From Geosiphon pyriformis uo1 (Eukaryota; Fungi; Glomeromycota): a DNA stretch of 64,000 nucleotides. The first letter of the stretch is position 1; every line of letters begins with the position of its first letter. The position numbers were made by a program, and so were the translations under genes. The notes beneath the pieces are model-generated. The model saw only the letters and a program-made list of their open reading frames with translations, ran no database searches and had not been told where the DNA came from. The stretch lies in the NCBI GenBank assembly GCA_016748015.1, contig JAAOMT010000657.1, positions 525,464 through 589,463 on the forward strand, written 5' to 3'. This document shows, one piece after another, positions 62,442 through 64,000 of the stretch.

Positions 62442-64000
62442 TGTTACGGGTTGGAGTAACAAGCTAATGAATAGCAAGGGAGAACAGTATTGTATGGTAA
62501 TAAAAATAAACAAAGAAGAAATTACAATAAGGGAGTAAATTAAATAAGTAGGAATTCAATGTGTGTGATCAGTCTCATAAAAATCACAGTTGCTAATCTT
62601 TTCTTAAATCTGAAGGTAGAGAAATAGTCCATAATTGTCAACAAGATAACACCACTGCTATTATTCTATGCCTCAACTCAGCAATTTTTAGAATCAATAA
62701 TAGGTATCATTGTGCTTTTCAATCGTTTCTTTATTCAATGAATTACAAGAGCAAGCCAATTGCTTCTCAGGCTAATTCTAACAAATACAAATCAAGAAGG
62801 GGAAAAGATAAGGTATGTGAATGCCAACAAGTAGATACTTGAAGATAAAGGGAAAAGGAATAAGCAATTATGAGAGGAAGTAATTAATATTGTTTATTTT
62901 GTTACTTTGATCATGTCTTTCTACAGTTAAGGGAATTATCGCTTATATAGCTATCTAAAGTAGTCAATGACCAGATCAATGATCAGGTCAATGATCAGGT
63001 CAATGGTCAGGTCAACAGTCAGGTTATTAATCAGGTCAACGATCACTATCTAAAAATAGGGTGGCTAATTATATGACATCAGTAGCTAATACATGTGATA
63101 ATTAATAAAAACTATGTGTTTCAACCGTAACATCATCCTCTCCAAAGAGATTGAGCTCCGGCGAAATCAAACTATTTATGGGATAGTCTATGTGAAGGGT
63201 TTTGTTTAACTCAAAACTAACTAGTTTGTTAAAGTCTTTTGTGGATAGAGTATATAGTACTTGAGGCGAAATAAGCTTTGTATTCAAGAGACCAAATCTT
63301 TGTATTAGAGTTCTGGCTCTTCTAGCAATGGTCAAAACTCTTGGGACATCCAATCATATAATGTCCAAAATTTCCACTTGTATCTCTGAAGTTGTTTTCT
63401 TCATGAGCTTCATGTCTTCTATGATTTCACCAAGATGACCATAGAATTCTAGTTGTCTTCCATATGACAAGTTTTTGTCTATGGGCAAGATTTCTTGTAT
63501 TGTTTTTCCAATTGTGCTGGAAGGTGAAAGTATCACTGCTGTTATGCTTTCCAGCAGGTATTTATCCATTTTGCCACCAATTTTTTCTCTTCTGGTAGTT
63601 GTTTTCTTTGGTCTAATAACAGTGTGAGTTCCACTATTGTCTGTTATAATGGTTTGTTTTCCAATAATCAGAGTAGCATTTAGATAGTTCTTGATCCAAT
63701 ACTCATGAAGAGTATAGAAAGTGTTTTGAATGTTTTGATCCAGGAAATAATTGTTCATGTTGATTGAAGATACCTCTGTTTTGGAAATGGTGCATTTATT
63801 TATATCTAATTTTTGCTGATCATTTGGGTCAGTATTACCACAACAGGTAACCAATCAAGTCGTTTGTGATATTTCTTGAGTCACATGCCATGAACAGGGC
63901 GATCACTGAATATTGTTCCATATTGATCTTGTAAGATATAAGAACCATTGTTCAAAACTTTGTTGACTATAAAGGGTCTTTTCCACCGGCTAGAGAATTT
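62442..64000 (-). mobile_element. Second gypsy family A element (3' LTR 62442..63132, PPT, ORF3, integrase end); continues beyond the window
   Basis: TGTTAC...GTAACA LTR; collinear with 9052-10555; preceded by ATAT at 62438-62441. Confidence 0.93.
63102..63758 (-). pseudogene. Gypsy A ORF3 homologue with one in-frame TGA (63354-63356)
   Basis: ORFs 63354..63854 and 63102..63353 are in the same frame and align without gaps to 9657..10313. Confidence 0.85.

Overview
Eukaryotic, fungal-type DNA. The repeat families and gene style suggest Glomeromycotina, and the transposon proteins resemble Geosiphon pyriformis as I recall them; this is inference only, with no search run. A CpG-containing gene island (~21.3-35.4 kb) holds four host genes: a two-finger GATA transcription factor (-), a 12-exon METTL16-family m6A methyltransferase (+), tRNA-splicing endonuclease SEN34 (-) and an intronless, divergent CMS1-like gene (-), plus a Tc1/mariner relic. 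Both flanks are nested transposon graveyards. They contain several copies of an RNase-H-bearing LINE, a complete but disrupted Ty3/gypsy element (two LTRs, ATAT TSD, PBS, PPT) with an extra non-env ORF3, a second copy of that family, two further gypsy families (one with a dUTPase), a hAT element with an 8-bp TSD, and an ORF1-only non-autonomous retroposon that shares the LINE 3' end. Repeats show a gradient of C>T/G>A hypermutation (RIP-like or methylation-driven deamination) down to nearly pure AT. Splice models and alignments were done by eye; boundaries in the most degenerate regions are approximate.
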